The notes below the pieces were generated by a model. The model made no database searches and was not told the origin of the DNA. It worked only from the letters and a program-made list of their open reading frames with translations. DNA of 64,000 nt from the human T2T-CHM13v2.0 reference genome, Homo sapiens, in assembly GCF_009914755.1 (NCBI RefSeq), contig NC_060936.1, one strand, 5' to 3'. Both the position numbers and the translations under genes were made by a program. Shown one piece after another: positions 53,641-64,000 of the stretch. Position 1 is the first letter of the stretch, and the number at the start of each line of letters is the position of its first letter.

Positions 53641-55164
53641 CTCACAAATATCTTCTAAATGCCTAATTTAATAGTTCAGTCAGTATTCTTATTTTAAATG
53701 TATTACATTATGTTTCATAATGTTATGTGTTCTATTAAGAAACTGATGTATGCTAGCCATAATTCCAAAGAAGGTAATTACTTTGTAAATGGTACTGTGA
53801 TATGGCAGTCATGGCTTTTAAATAGTGTTTCCTTATTTGACTAGTGTCTTAGAAAATTTCTGAATTGACATTTTAATTAACAAGTCAAAGGTTCTCAACA
53901 GGCACTATTTGATGCATCATAAAGCAACCTTTGTGATGTGCTTTGATGGCATTTGCCATCTTATTTGTGCACTAGAGCATAGAACATAATGTTTCTTGTC
54001 TATAGGGATTTCTTTAGCAATTGATCATTAATTGAGAAACATAGTGTAGCTAAGTCTTATGAGGAAAATTAATGTCTTGTTCCAATTAGATGCATTAATT
54101 AAAAACTAGAATCTTTGAATAAATTTTTTCGAATTGTCAAACTTCACTTCATAATGCAGTCTCATTCTGGGAATTAGGAGGGAATGGTTCCCCCCTGCTT
54201 TGAAAACAAAGGACAAAATATTGGGATTTCTCTTCATAGATCTTACCACCCTGAAGAAAGATAGGCTTTGCTTTACTTCATTATTTTTGTTGAAGACTAG
54301 AAATTCATGCAGTGTGCTTATTGTCAGTTTACTACTTTCTCATACCTGTTCTATTCTTTACATCTCATCTGCCTTGATGCCTCATCCAGCAAAGCAGTGC
54401 TGCATCTGCTTTCTATGAGAAGTCACACTCTGATGTCTGTAGTTAAGTATGCACAGTCTTTCAGAAAATCCTACAGACTTACTGCACGAAGTGCAATTCT
54501 CTCATCTACTAAGCACCTAATCTGAATATTGGGGTGATTGGAGAATGGAGCAACTTAAGAGGATTCATATACTATTTTTGAATTTGTGACAGTTTATATA
54601 ATAATTATTTTGTCATTGTACTTGAATAGATTAAAATTCTCCAAACAATAAAATCAGTAATATTTATAGTGTCATCACCATAGTGATACTGCATTGTCTG
54701 CCATGGCCAGGTCATAGATATATCATATGAATTTGTTAATTCTTTACATGAAGTCACTATTAGAATGGAACTATTTGCCTTAAATGTGCTTTCTAATGCA
54801 CTTAGGAGACAATGTTTAAACATTCTGTAGGAAGGATGCAGTATTTATTTGGAACCATGGTATGTTTTTTACCTCCACTCTATTCCGCAGAGCATGGTCA
54901 AGGTTCTATTTAAAGATCATAGGGGTAATGGTGTGTATATATGGCCAAAATATTTTACACTTTGACAATTAGAGATGGGCACAGAGCATACTCATTTTGA
55001 ACTACAGAGTTAGATGCAGGCAAAATGCCTGTTGAGATTATGTTTGGGGTAGCTGGACTATCTCCATTTGGATTTGGATTCCCAATAAATCTAGAATCTG
55101 TAAACAGATTTAAAAAAATTTTTTTTATCCTCATCTTGTATGTTTTAAGGACTACATGAATGTC

Positions 55165-55900
55165 CTTCATTCATTAACTTAGCCAACAATTTAGTCAGGT
55201 GTACTTGTCTAAGTGCTAGTGATTCAGAAATGAACAAAATAGACCCACTCTCTGCTTTTATGTAATTCATAATCTATAGTGGAACAATGAAGCAGAAACT
55301 TCATTAATTTATTGAGCACATTTTATTTTTCTCTATAGCACTCATTATGATCTGAGACATTATATACTCACTGGTTTATTTATCAGCCATCTCGTCTAAC
55401 CAGAATGTAAATTGTATGAGAACAGAGATTTTTCTACTTTGTTCATTAAAATTGACGCCACTCCCATGTTAGAACAGTGGTTGGCTCATGCTGCAAAGTT
55501 GATGTGAAGGAGAATAATTAAGGTACACACATTTATCATTTGTCTTTTAAGTATGAGGGTGCTCAGTGTTGGCTATAGAAAGACAAAGGAACCACAGGCA
55601 AAGGGAAGCTGGTGTAAGAACATACAGTCTACTGAGAGGTGGTTACAGGCAATGGCAGAGACAGACATTAGGTGCCTGGAGAAGCACAAAGGAGAAATAA
55701 TAACCTTGTGCTTCAAATATGAGGAATAAAGTTGCTTACACAGAAATGTGGCACATGCACAGTTGCTCTGATGGCACAGAAGAGGCAGAGACTCAAGTCT
55801 GACTGGAGGCCTAAAAAGATTTTGACAAGGAGAAACATTCAGCCTGAGCTGTCAAAAGGGGGGCACTAGTTTTAGAGAAGAGTTTAGAGCAATCTCCATG
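55165..55900. mobile_element. Cluster of L2 fragments in both orientations
   Basis: antisense 'ttcattcatt..ctaagtgctagtgattcagaaatgaacaaaataga'; sense 'agaatgtaaattgtatgagaacagagattt..ttgttca'. Confidence 0.55.
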
Positions 55901-56294
55901 GTGTAGGGAATGACCCCAGACAAAGATACTTGTATGTTGTCTTTCTGACCATCATCCAAATTCTTAGATCCAGATCTTAGAGATTAAGGCTTGTTGATGA
56001 TTCTTATATCAGACATCTCCTCTGTTATACACATGTAGTTTGTTTGTTCCCTTTAACAAAATTATGGTATTAAACTTCTAGAAAAGTAGAAGATTGTAAT
56101 TGCAAAGTGTACTGTAAAAAAGAAATGATGCAGTTAGAAATCTAATCACAGAGACATACAGCAGAGAGAGAGAGGGAGAGAGAGAGTGTGTGTAAGTTGT
56201 GGTGCAACACACAGGAAGAAGCAATTTCTTGGTGAATTAAGGAAGAGTAATCATTTTGCAGAGAAGAACTAAATAAAGCAAAACTTTCTTTAAA

Positions 56295-56515
56295 TACTCA
56301 TTTAGACAAAACATAAATTGATATCTTTTCACCTACTTCTCTCCATTTCCATCCCTTCCCCATCCCTGGTAACCATCATGCTACTCTGTGTTCCTATGTA
56401 TTTGACATTTTTAAAGGATTATGCATATAAGTGATATCATACAGTATTTTTCTCTCTGTATTTTTGCTTACTTAGCATAATATCTGCCAGTTTAATCCAT
56501 GTTGTCCCAAATGGT
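56295..56515 (-). mobile_element. Inverted 5' segment of an L1MA9/MB1-like insertion
   Basis: antisense 'ccctggtaaccatcatgctactctgt...atataagtgatatcatacagtattt...cttagcataat..atccatgttgtc'. Confidence 0.8.
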
Positions 56516-56677
56516 AGTTCAATAAAAGAAATAAGTCTAGAATCTAAAATACAGCATGAATACATAAGTTAATAATACTGTATACTGAAAATTTGCTGAG
56601 AAAGTAGATTTTATGTGCTCTTATCACACATATAAAATGTAGCTATGAAAGGTTATAGATATGCTAACTTATTTAAA
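56516..56677 (+). mobile_element. Sense segment of the same L1 3' UTR, cut by the ERV insertion
   Basis: 'gttaataatactgtatactgaaaatttgctgagaaagtagatttt..gtgctcttatcacac'. Confidence 0.8.
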
Positions 56678-57076
56678 TGCCTCAACCTAAAGGAAGAAGC
56701 TGAGACACAAAATATAATTTAAAAGAGTTTACTGGAGCCGAAATGAGGGCAGCTACTCTTAAGACTCACACCCAAGTAAACATGGATATGAGCTCCATGC
56801 AATTTTTGTTAAAAGCAGGTTTTTAAATGCAAAGAGAGGTATGAGAAGTGGGCTGATACAAAGTTGTTTGTCAGAAATTCTCATTGGTTTGTGGAAATGA
56901 CATTGACTAGTGATTGACTATACAAGACTTTACATAGCAAGCAGCTTCTAGAGAGGATTACTTATTTCAAGGGTGGGGAGTAGGATGTGATTGCTGTCTC
57001 ATTCCTATGCCTCTCTGGGCCTGATAATTTAGAGGAAGTTTACATTCCTCAGATCAAAAGTTTTTTTTCTTTCTCA
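56678..57076 (-). mobile_element. MER65-type ERV1 3' LTR
   Basis: 'tgcctctctgggcctgataattt', 'cattcctcagat', 'gggctgatacaaagttgtttgtcagaaattctcattgg'; preceded on the minus strand by PPT aaaaaggggaaa. Confidence 0.82.
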
Positions 57077-60000
57077 TTTCCCCTTTTTGATCAAAATCTT
57101 TTTTTCTCAAAAGCATTTATAGGCAAAGTCTGAGTATCAAGTTGCCACCATCTCTGGGAAGGCTCATTCTTGGATGGTCTTGTCCTATGTTGGTGGGGAG
57201 AAGGAGACATCTCAGTGAGAAATTTTAAGAGTGCCCCAAAGCCGAGTTGGGATGACATCACAGAGCGGCAGAAATAAGACCTCAGTCAAGACATTAATTT
57301 ACAAGGCTACTGTTACTTGTTGAATCATCTCTAGTTTTCAGAATACTGTGATTTTAGTTTTCTCAGAAGAAGTAAAACAATGAAAGATATACAGTTTTAA
57401 TAATTGAAATAGTAGAAATAAAATGTATAAAAAATTATAATAAAAAGGAATTTGTATGCTAGAACAAAAAATAACCTTTTCCATTAGGGAGCCAACTAAA
57501 AACATTATGAAGAAAATTATATCCCAGTTCTTCTTTAGAAGCTTGTAACAAAGTGGCTTCTTTTCTAATTTTTCCTGGCTTCTATTTCATGGGAAGTATT
57601 TATGAATACATAACAAGAGGTATTTTCCATTATACATACACCTCCTTCTTCAACACATATATGATCTATAGCAATGCAATTGTCTGTACAACCTTAACCA
57701 GGGAACCCACAGCTGTTTGTTGAGCTGCAGTTGAGGCAAGCTGTTTCATTAGCTATATCCTACATTTATAGGAATATTTCCAAGTATATGCTCGGGGAAA
57801 GCAACACCCAACCAAGGCAAAAGCATTCTCCCAATGAAATGCATGGAGCTATCTTGTTAGGCAGAATTACGGGCAGGCAGATACTTAGCAGGTTCCCCCA
57901 AATAGAATCTCAGTCTTAAATAGATCGGCAGCCAGGCCTAGAGAAAAATTTGAGGGAAATAGTTTAGTGTTGGATTTCTTCAGAGCTATGTATAGATAGA
58001 GGAATGACCAAATATCCTATGAGACACTGCCCTTCAGTTTAGTGTCACAAAGATTGGTCAACAGTACCTGATATGGCCCCCTTCCAATGGGGTTGGAAGG
58101 AATCTTTTATTTGATGGTGTTTCCAGTAAACAAAATCTCCAGGTTGGAAGCCATGATCTGTGATGTCTTTGTCTCCCAAGAGCTCAGTGTTTTAAAAATC
58201 TTTAATTATTATTTTTTTCATTAACAGCTTGATATGGCCTTGGCAATAATGAAGAATATTGCCTTTCAGGAGCGTTGGTTTGTAGACTCCTTCAATCAGC
58301 CACATGGGCTTTCCTGTTATTATTTTAAAGGGAGAATGCAGATGTTTCCAAAATGGGATAGAAGGTAAATTACGCAATTCTAATGGAAGAAACCTCAGCC
58401 AGGGAAGGTTAAAACTTTCTATAAGCTTTGTTAATTGATTTTTCATTACCCCTTTTGTGTGTTCCCACAGTCTGGAAGACTGAGGGTAGTACGCGCTATG
58501 GGAATGCTTAAAAATCAGTCACATATTACAAATAGATTGAATTACATGACCTGGAAATGGGTTCCTTGGTTGCTGTGCAGTTTAAAAGAAACTCCTCCAG
58601 AAGGAATAGGACAAGACATAAAATGGCAATGACTAAAGATGCAGTTGACAAAGAAATTTGATCATTTTTTTTCTTTTGTAGTTTACTCAAAAAGTGAAAA
58701 AAAGTCTTTGGTTATATCTTATTAATACTTCATGAAAATCTTACTTCAGAAAGAAAACCAAGTTTTACTCTTATACTAGTTTATTATTAATATGAAAGCT
58801 AATTTTAATAAAACCTTATAAACATATCCATCTAATCGCAATCAGCTTTGACCCAACAGGATAGGATTTTCATAAATCTTTTATAACCTCTTGTAATTTT
58901 TCCTATTATCTTTCTTTTCCAAACTTTCTATATCCATTAAGTTTCATGTCACTTTTTTCTCTTCTTTCATTTGTTCTGGACAATCTTCAAATAATCTGTA
59001 ATCTAGACAAAATCACTCTTTTTCTCAACAAAAACATATTCTCATACTCTATAACCTCCTTGATAAAACATGTCTTAAATTCCTCGTATGTTCTGTATAC
59101 AGAATTGTTTTACTTCTTATGTCTAGCTTTAGTCTCGTATATTAGTTAGAATTGTAACTTTTAATAACCTAAATTCATATAGAAAACCTAAGAAGCAAGC
59201 AGTGTTTAACTCTTAGTCACATACTTTATGAGTTTATAAATACATATTTTATAAATTTTAGAAATGAAAGCTTTCTAATGGAACAATTTTTCAATGTGGA
59301 GCAGGACATATTTACTAACAGATCTAAATATCTTTTGTTTCTCTGAAATAAGAAGCTAAAAGTATATAAACTTAAACTCATATTTAGTAATTACTGTCTT
59401 AGCATCATATCTTATTTGGAAATGACTTAGATGTTCAATGAATATCATTCATTTAAATTAGTTTAGCAAAATTCTAATGGTATAGTTACCAAAAGATTTG
59501 GGAAACCTTATTTGCCAAAACAAAGATTTGAGAAACCTTTAAAGTAGACATATTATAAAATCTAATTATTAAAAGTTCATTTATAAATTTTTATCCTATT
59601 TACATTTACTTAATTTATTCATTCTTAACAATTATATTTGGAAAATTTCATGAGTTATTAGATAAACTTAACCATTGTCCCAAGTTACATTTCCTATTAA
59701 TCATTTTTATGTTATTGCATATTAGGCAAGTATCATAAAAGCAAGAACCTTAAATTTAAATACATGTGTATTTTGCTAATAACTCAGATACATAGTTGTT
59801 TTTATTAAATCAGCAATATTAAACTAGTCTTCCTTGCCAAAAGATTTATTCAAGTCACATGAACTTGAAAAATATTTGAGCTTACTTATTACTTTTATGA
59901 GCACTAATTTATCTTTAAGTTAATTTGGTACCATGTAGACAATACATAAACACATGTGTAGACATATGCATACATATAGAGACAACATATACACATGTAG

Positions 60001-62665
60001 GCATGTATTCATCTAAAAGCTGGAGATCAAGGGGTTCAATGTAAAAGAAAGTAGAACTTTAGACCTGAGAGGCACCTGTCCACCCACAATTCTTGGGGCT
60101 CCATGAGGTCGAACAGAGGTCCCCCCAAAAAAGAGGAAAGTCTGTGGAACCTTTTCTGTTTTCTTTAAGAGGTTCCCGAGATGTTAGAAGATTTCTTTAT
60201 GTCCCCTCATGTGGTATCTAAGGTGGCAAGAGGAAGGAGGGACAGATAGAAGTAAATGAAACAACAAGTCTTGGAGAAGCCTGTTTGAGATTTTGTCTTC
60301 TGAAAAACCAATAAAGTTTTACATTATTCTTGGTAAAAATCATATCCAGAGGAGGAGCAAACAGAAGGAGTGCACAGAATTATCAGGGGCTTAAGAAGAA
60401 AGGAATTCCTAGTAGACTGAGAAGCTTCCATAGAACAGAGGCCTCAAAAATATATATGTACATACACAGCCTAAATGTCAGCTTTTAATTGTTGACTTTT
60501 GACGATAAAGCTCTTAAAAAATATTTTTTTATCAGGTTTTAACTGGGCAAATAACAAGCATTACTGTGTCTTGGCTTTTCCTGTCTGAAATTTACACCAA
60601 GAAGGAATTTTTGACGTGGGGCATGTTTGTTTATTAGAGGTCTATGGTAATCATTGTTTAAAGCCATTTGTCTCTAAAATTTTTCTTTTAATAAACTGGG
60701 TCCTTTCTTTCTGAGTATACGGATTTATTTAGCTTAGAAGAGTAGGCTAAACAAACAAAGCAACAAAAAAGTTTCTATCACATTCTAAATATAAACCAAA
60801 ATTTTAAGTCAAAGGCATACCTGAATAAATGACTAAAAACCAGCACAAGTAAGCATATATAATACCAAAACGATTAAGTTCGTTATGGCTTTACCCAAGG
60901 TCTCTAAAAAGGGAGCAAAAATTTGCAGTGCTTGCAAGATCCTGACCCCTCCCAAAAACAGCTTAAAAAAAGGGAAAGTTTTGTTCACTACAAGTTGGGT
61001 GAAACCCACGTCTGTTAGGCCATGTTTTCTGGGATCTCAGCTTCTCAGCTGGCCATCTACCCACAAAGGCCAGATGGAAGATTAAAAGAGATGGTAAAAC
61101 AGCAAAATAAAAGCTGCTGATGGGGGTAGGAAGGGTTACAAAAGGTTGAGAGTCACACAAATAATTCAAAATGAATAATTTAAATCTTATGATTTTTTTT
61201 TTCTTCTGAGCTAAAGGTATCCATTGAGAAATGGAATTTTGTGGTAGGTCCAAATAACTTTAACTCTGTTTCAAATTATACCTCAGCTGGAATTCTGCTT
61301 AGTTAATTCCCTGGATGTTACTACTTCAAAGACAGTGTAAGAGGGTGAGATTTACATCTCTAAGGGACTGAAAAAGACCTGGGGAAGCCTTTAAGTCAAG
61401 TAGGCAGTTTGAGCATTTAAGGGCTTTCTTGGGGAATTCATGGAGAGCTCTCTCTCTCTAAAAAAAAAAAAAAAAAAAAAAAACTTTCAAATCTCTAATT
61501 TTCAGGTATTAGCCAGGACAAACAGAAAGCAGTCCTCCCATCCCATTATGTTCTAAACCTGCTTTTTCTATTTCTGTTTGCAAATATATTAATTTTGGAA
61601 TTTCAAAAGACCCTTATTCTTGGTTATTGCATTTTGTGGTCATATCAAGTAATGTCTCATTTACCTAGGTTATTTGCAAGACGGAAGCTCCATAGGTGTT
61701 ATACATAAAACCAGCTAATGTTTCCAAGAGAGGGTTGTACCTTAAGGGAAAGCTCAGTTTTGAGGAGGAGTTTCTCATAAATTTTAGAATTTCCTTTTCA
61801 AAAAGTGACCAAGGCTAGGACACTGTATCAGGCAAAGTGATGCTTTGTGGGCATGTTGGAGTAACATTTTAGGAGTGGAATTGAGGGGTGACCTTAGGAT
61901 TACTAGATTTTATCAAACTAATCTCCAAAATGGTTTTGCCCTATATGTATTTAAATTTATTTTGTATTTACTTAAGGTATACAACATGGTGTTTTGATAC
62001 GAGCTTCATGGACAAACGTCTTGGCATTGCTGGATAGTCTCTAGTCACTTACAGCATCTGAATGGGCCAGAGGGAGCAAATGCCTCTTAATTTCAGAATG
62101 AGAGAACTCACTCTCATTCATCTTTCTGTTTGAAACTAACAAGAATTGGTCACTAATTAAAAGACAAGTCCAAATTAAAAGCAATAGGAAGCAGCTGCAA
62201 TTTCTAAAGCACGCTATATAATTTTAGGTGAAAAGAGTGAAACCTGTGGTGCTTTACTGCCAGCACTGTAATCCAGCCTTCCTGCTGTGAGACAGAGGCA
62301 GAGAAAGCGGAAGTTTTCTGTTGAGCCCTTTGTGTGACTGTGACCCAAACCTCCTGTCCTGAAGCAGAGGTGAAGAAGGCGTTCTTCTCTCTCTCTTTCT
62401 TTCCCTTAAACCCAAATCTCCTGCAGGTAGGCAGAGACAGACACCTCTGTTCTATAAAGGGAGGATTGGAAAGAAGAGCTTGAACAAAGTCTAGGCCTTA
62501 CCAAAAAGTAGAAAGGTCCAAATTCAGGTAGACTTGCCCCTTACACTCGACAATACTCTCAGAGGTGGAAGAACACCAAGGGTTTGGTTGTCCAGGTGCG
62601 AGTCTGGGAGGAGTGCAAGATGTTGGGGTTGGGGGTGTGCAGGATAGGAGGGTCACTTTGAAGCC
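57077..62665 (-). mobile_element. MER65/MER4-group ERV internal region with decayed integrase and env TM remnants; 5' LTR absent
   Basis: minus strand: integrase 'KNQLTKL..LPW..LPL.LR....SPFKIITGKPM' (58192-58446); 'FQPGDFVYWK..QPHWKG-PYQVLLT' (~58055-58155); env TM 'LLPWLGV' and 'AAQQ..GSLVKVV-DNCIAIDHICVEEGGVC' (~57630-57830). Confidence 0.85.
61870..61999 (-). repeat. Inverted copy of the downstream flank 62697-62836 embedded in the ERV
   Basis: reverse complement 'tatcaaaacaccatgttgtataccttaa...ggcaaaaccattttggagatta...tcaattccactcctaa' aligns with 62697-62836. Confidence 0.88.
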
Positions 62666-62751
62666 TGCTCAACTGTAGTAATCATTTCACTATGTATATC
62701 AAAAGATCATGTTGTATACCTTAAATAAATACAATAAAAATAAATTTAAAA
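62666..62751 (+). mobile_element. Terminal piece of the L1 that was cut at 56677
   Basis: 'actgtagtaatcatttcactatgtatatcaaaagatcatgttgtataccttaaa...aataaa' continues the consensus from 56677. Confidence 0.8.
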
Positions 62752-62754
62752 TGT

Positions 62755-63170
62755 GTATGTAAATGGCAAAATCATTTTGGAGATTAATTTGGAAAAACCC
62801 AGTAATCTTGAAGTGGCCCATCAATTCCACTTCTAAGTACTAGTTTGAACCATCCGAGCTTGCTGATACTTGACTTTTACAGTTTTCGTTTTTGACCTAT
62901 AAAAATGGCAGTTTCAAAAGGTTTAAAATATATATACATGGACATACACACACACATATATACATGGTGTATGTGTGAACATATATATATACACACACAC
63001 ACACACACACGTATATGTACCTTAGAGAGATTTGTCGATGTGTACAAAAGGTAACGACGGTAGCAGCAAAACTTTGGAAATATCTCAGTGCCATTAATAA
63101 GAGAATGGATGAATAAGTTATGACATATTTATGCAATGAAAATAGTCAAAAAGCTAAGCATGTAACTTAT
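62755..63170 (+). mobile_element. Old L1ME-like fragment containing a (CA/TA)n microsatellite (~62925-63020)
   Basis: 'ggcaaaatcattttggaga..aatttgg', 'caattccacttctaag', 'tagcagcaaaactttggaaa...agaatggatgaataagttatg'. Confidence 0.55.
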
Positions 63171-64000
63171 TTACAGTTAGAAAAACATAGAGGAGTAACA
63201 TTTCTTGGTAAAAGGAGAGCAATTCCCCATGTAATAGAAAGACTTTAAACGCCTTAGCTGGTACACCAAATTACATTTTATCTTGTTTCTGCATCAGCTA
63301 AAATCCCAATCATCTCAAGTAATTCATCTTCTGAAACAGCTCTGTGCTACAACCAGCTGCAGATTTGTAGCATGCTTTTTTTTTGTTTTGTTTTTGTTTT
63401 TTTTTGCCCAAACTAGATGAATTTTTTTTTAATTTCAGAAATTTGAGATTAGGACTTGAGATATTATGTCTATTTTAGCCTCCTTGTATCATTCTAGAAA
63501 CACTTGAAAAGACCAGTGAACAAAATCAAGTCACTGTTTAGTGCTGTTTTGATCATATTCTACTTCATATAAAATAAAGTGATTTATTAACATTTTACAG
63601 TTAGTACTGTTGTTATGCTATATCAACTCTCTCTAATGTATGGAACAATGTATTATAGATGTACCATTTTTTCCCATTGACACTACTCCTATATTATGTT
63701 TTACTGTGTTACCTCAGAAAAATAAAGCCTGCCACTCAGGAAATTACTTGATTTTAAAGCACAGATCTACCATTCCTATAACATATAAAATAAAAATGTG
63801 GTTTTCTGTACTTTAATTTGCAGTGTACATCTCTACTTCTCCTTAAACAGATGGGAAAATTCAATAATATTACATTTTGGGCCCTTCAGACCAAGGAAGA
63901 ACCTGGCAGCAGTTCAAAAATAATGACACAACAAAGAGAAGAAAACAGGTTCTGATACTTCCCTGATGTTGGACTCCCTATCAATGGCCAAACAGATTTT

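Noticed and set aside
58192-58446. 84-aa integrase-like ORF
   Set aside because: Frameshifted ERV pol remnant lacking an intact catalytic core; not a functional CDS.

Overview
AT-rich primate (human-like; AluY present) genomic DNA that reads as intronic or intergenic. I find no convincing protein-coding gene, RNA gene, CpG island or CRISPR array. The listed ORFs are mostly Alu, L1, L2 or ERV read-throughs or chance ORFs. Roughly half the window is interspersed repeat: about 14 Alu/FLAM copies, many L1, L2 and MIR fragments, three THE1 LTRs, nested MLT1/LOR1-type LTRs, hAT MITEs (MER1B, MER3, MER5A, MER20), an HSMAR2 mariner fragment, a ~6 kb MER65-type ERV1 provirus lacking its 5' LTR, and a probable ancient Gypsy-like remnant. 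The most notable structure not explained by repeats is a set of local copy/template-switch footprints: a fold-back hairpin inside an Alu, flank sequence copied into an L1 and (inverted) into the ERV, a 191-bp tandem duplication, and an exact 27-bp duplication carrying a perfect DR4 nuclear-receptor element. There is also one well-bounded 62-nt candidate exon just downstream of a sense THE1D LTR. I cannot support a new biological system from sequence alone. Repeat subfamily names come from recalled consensus sequences, and old-repeat boundaries are approximate.
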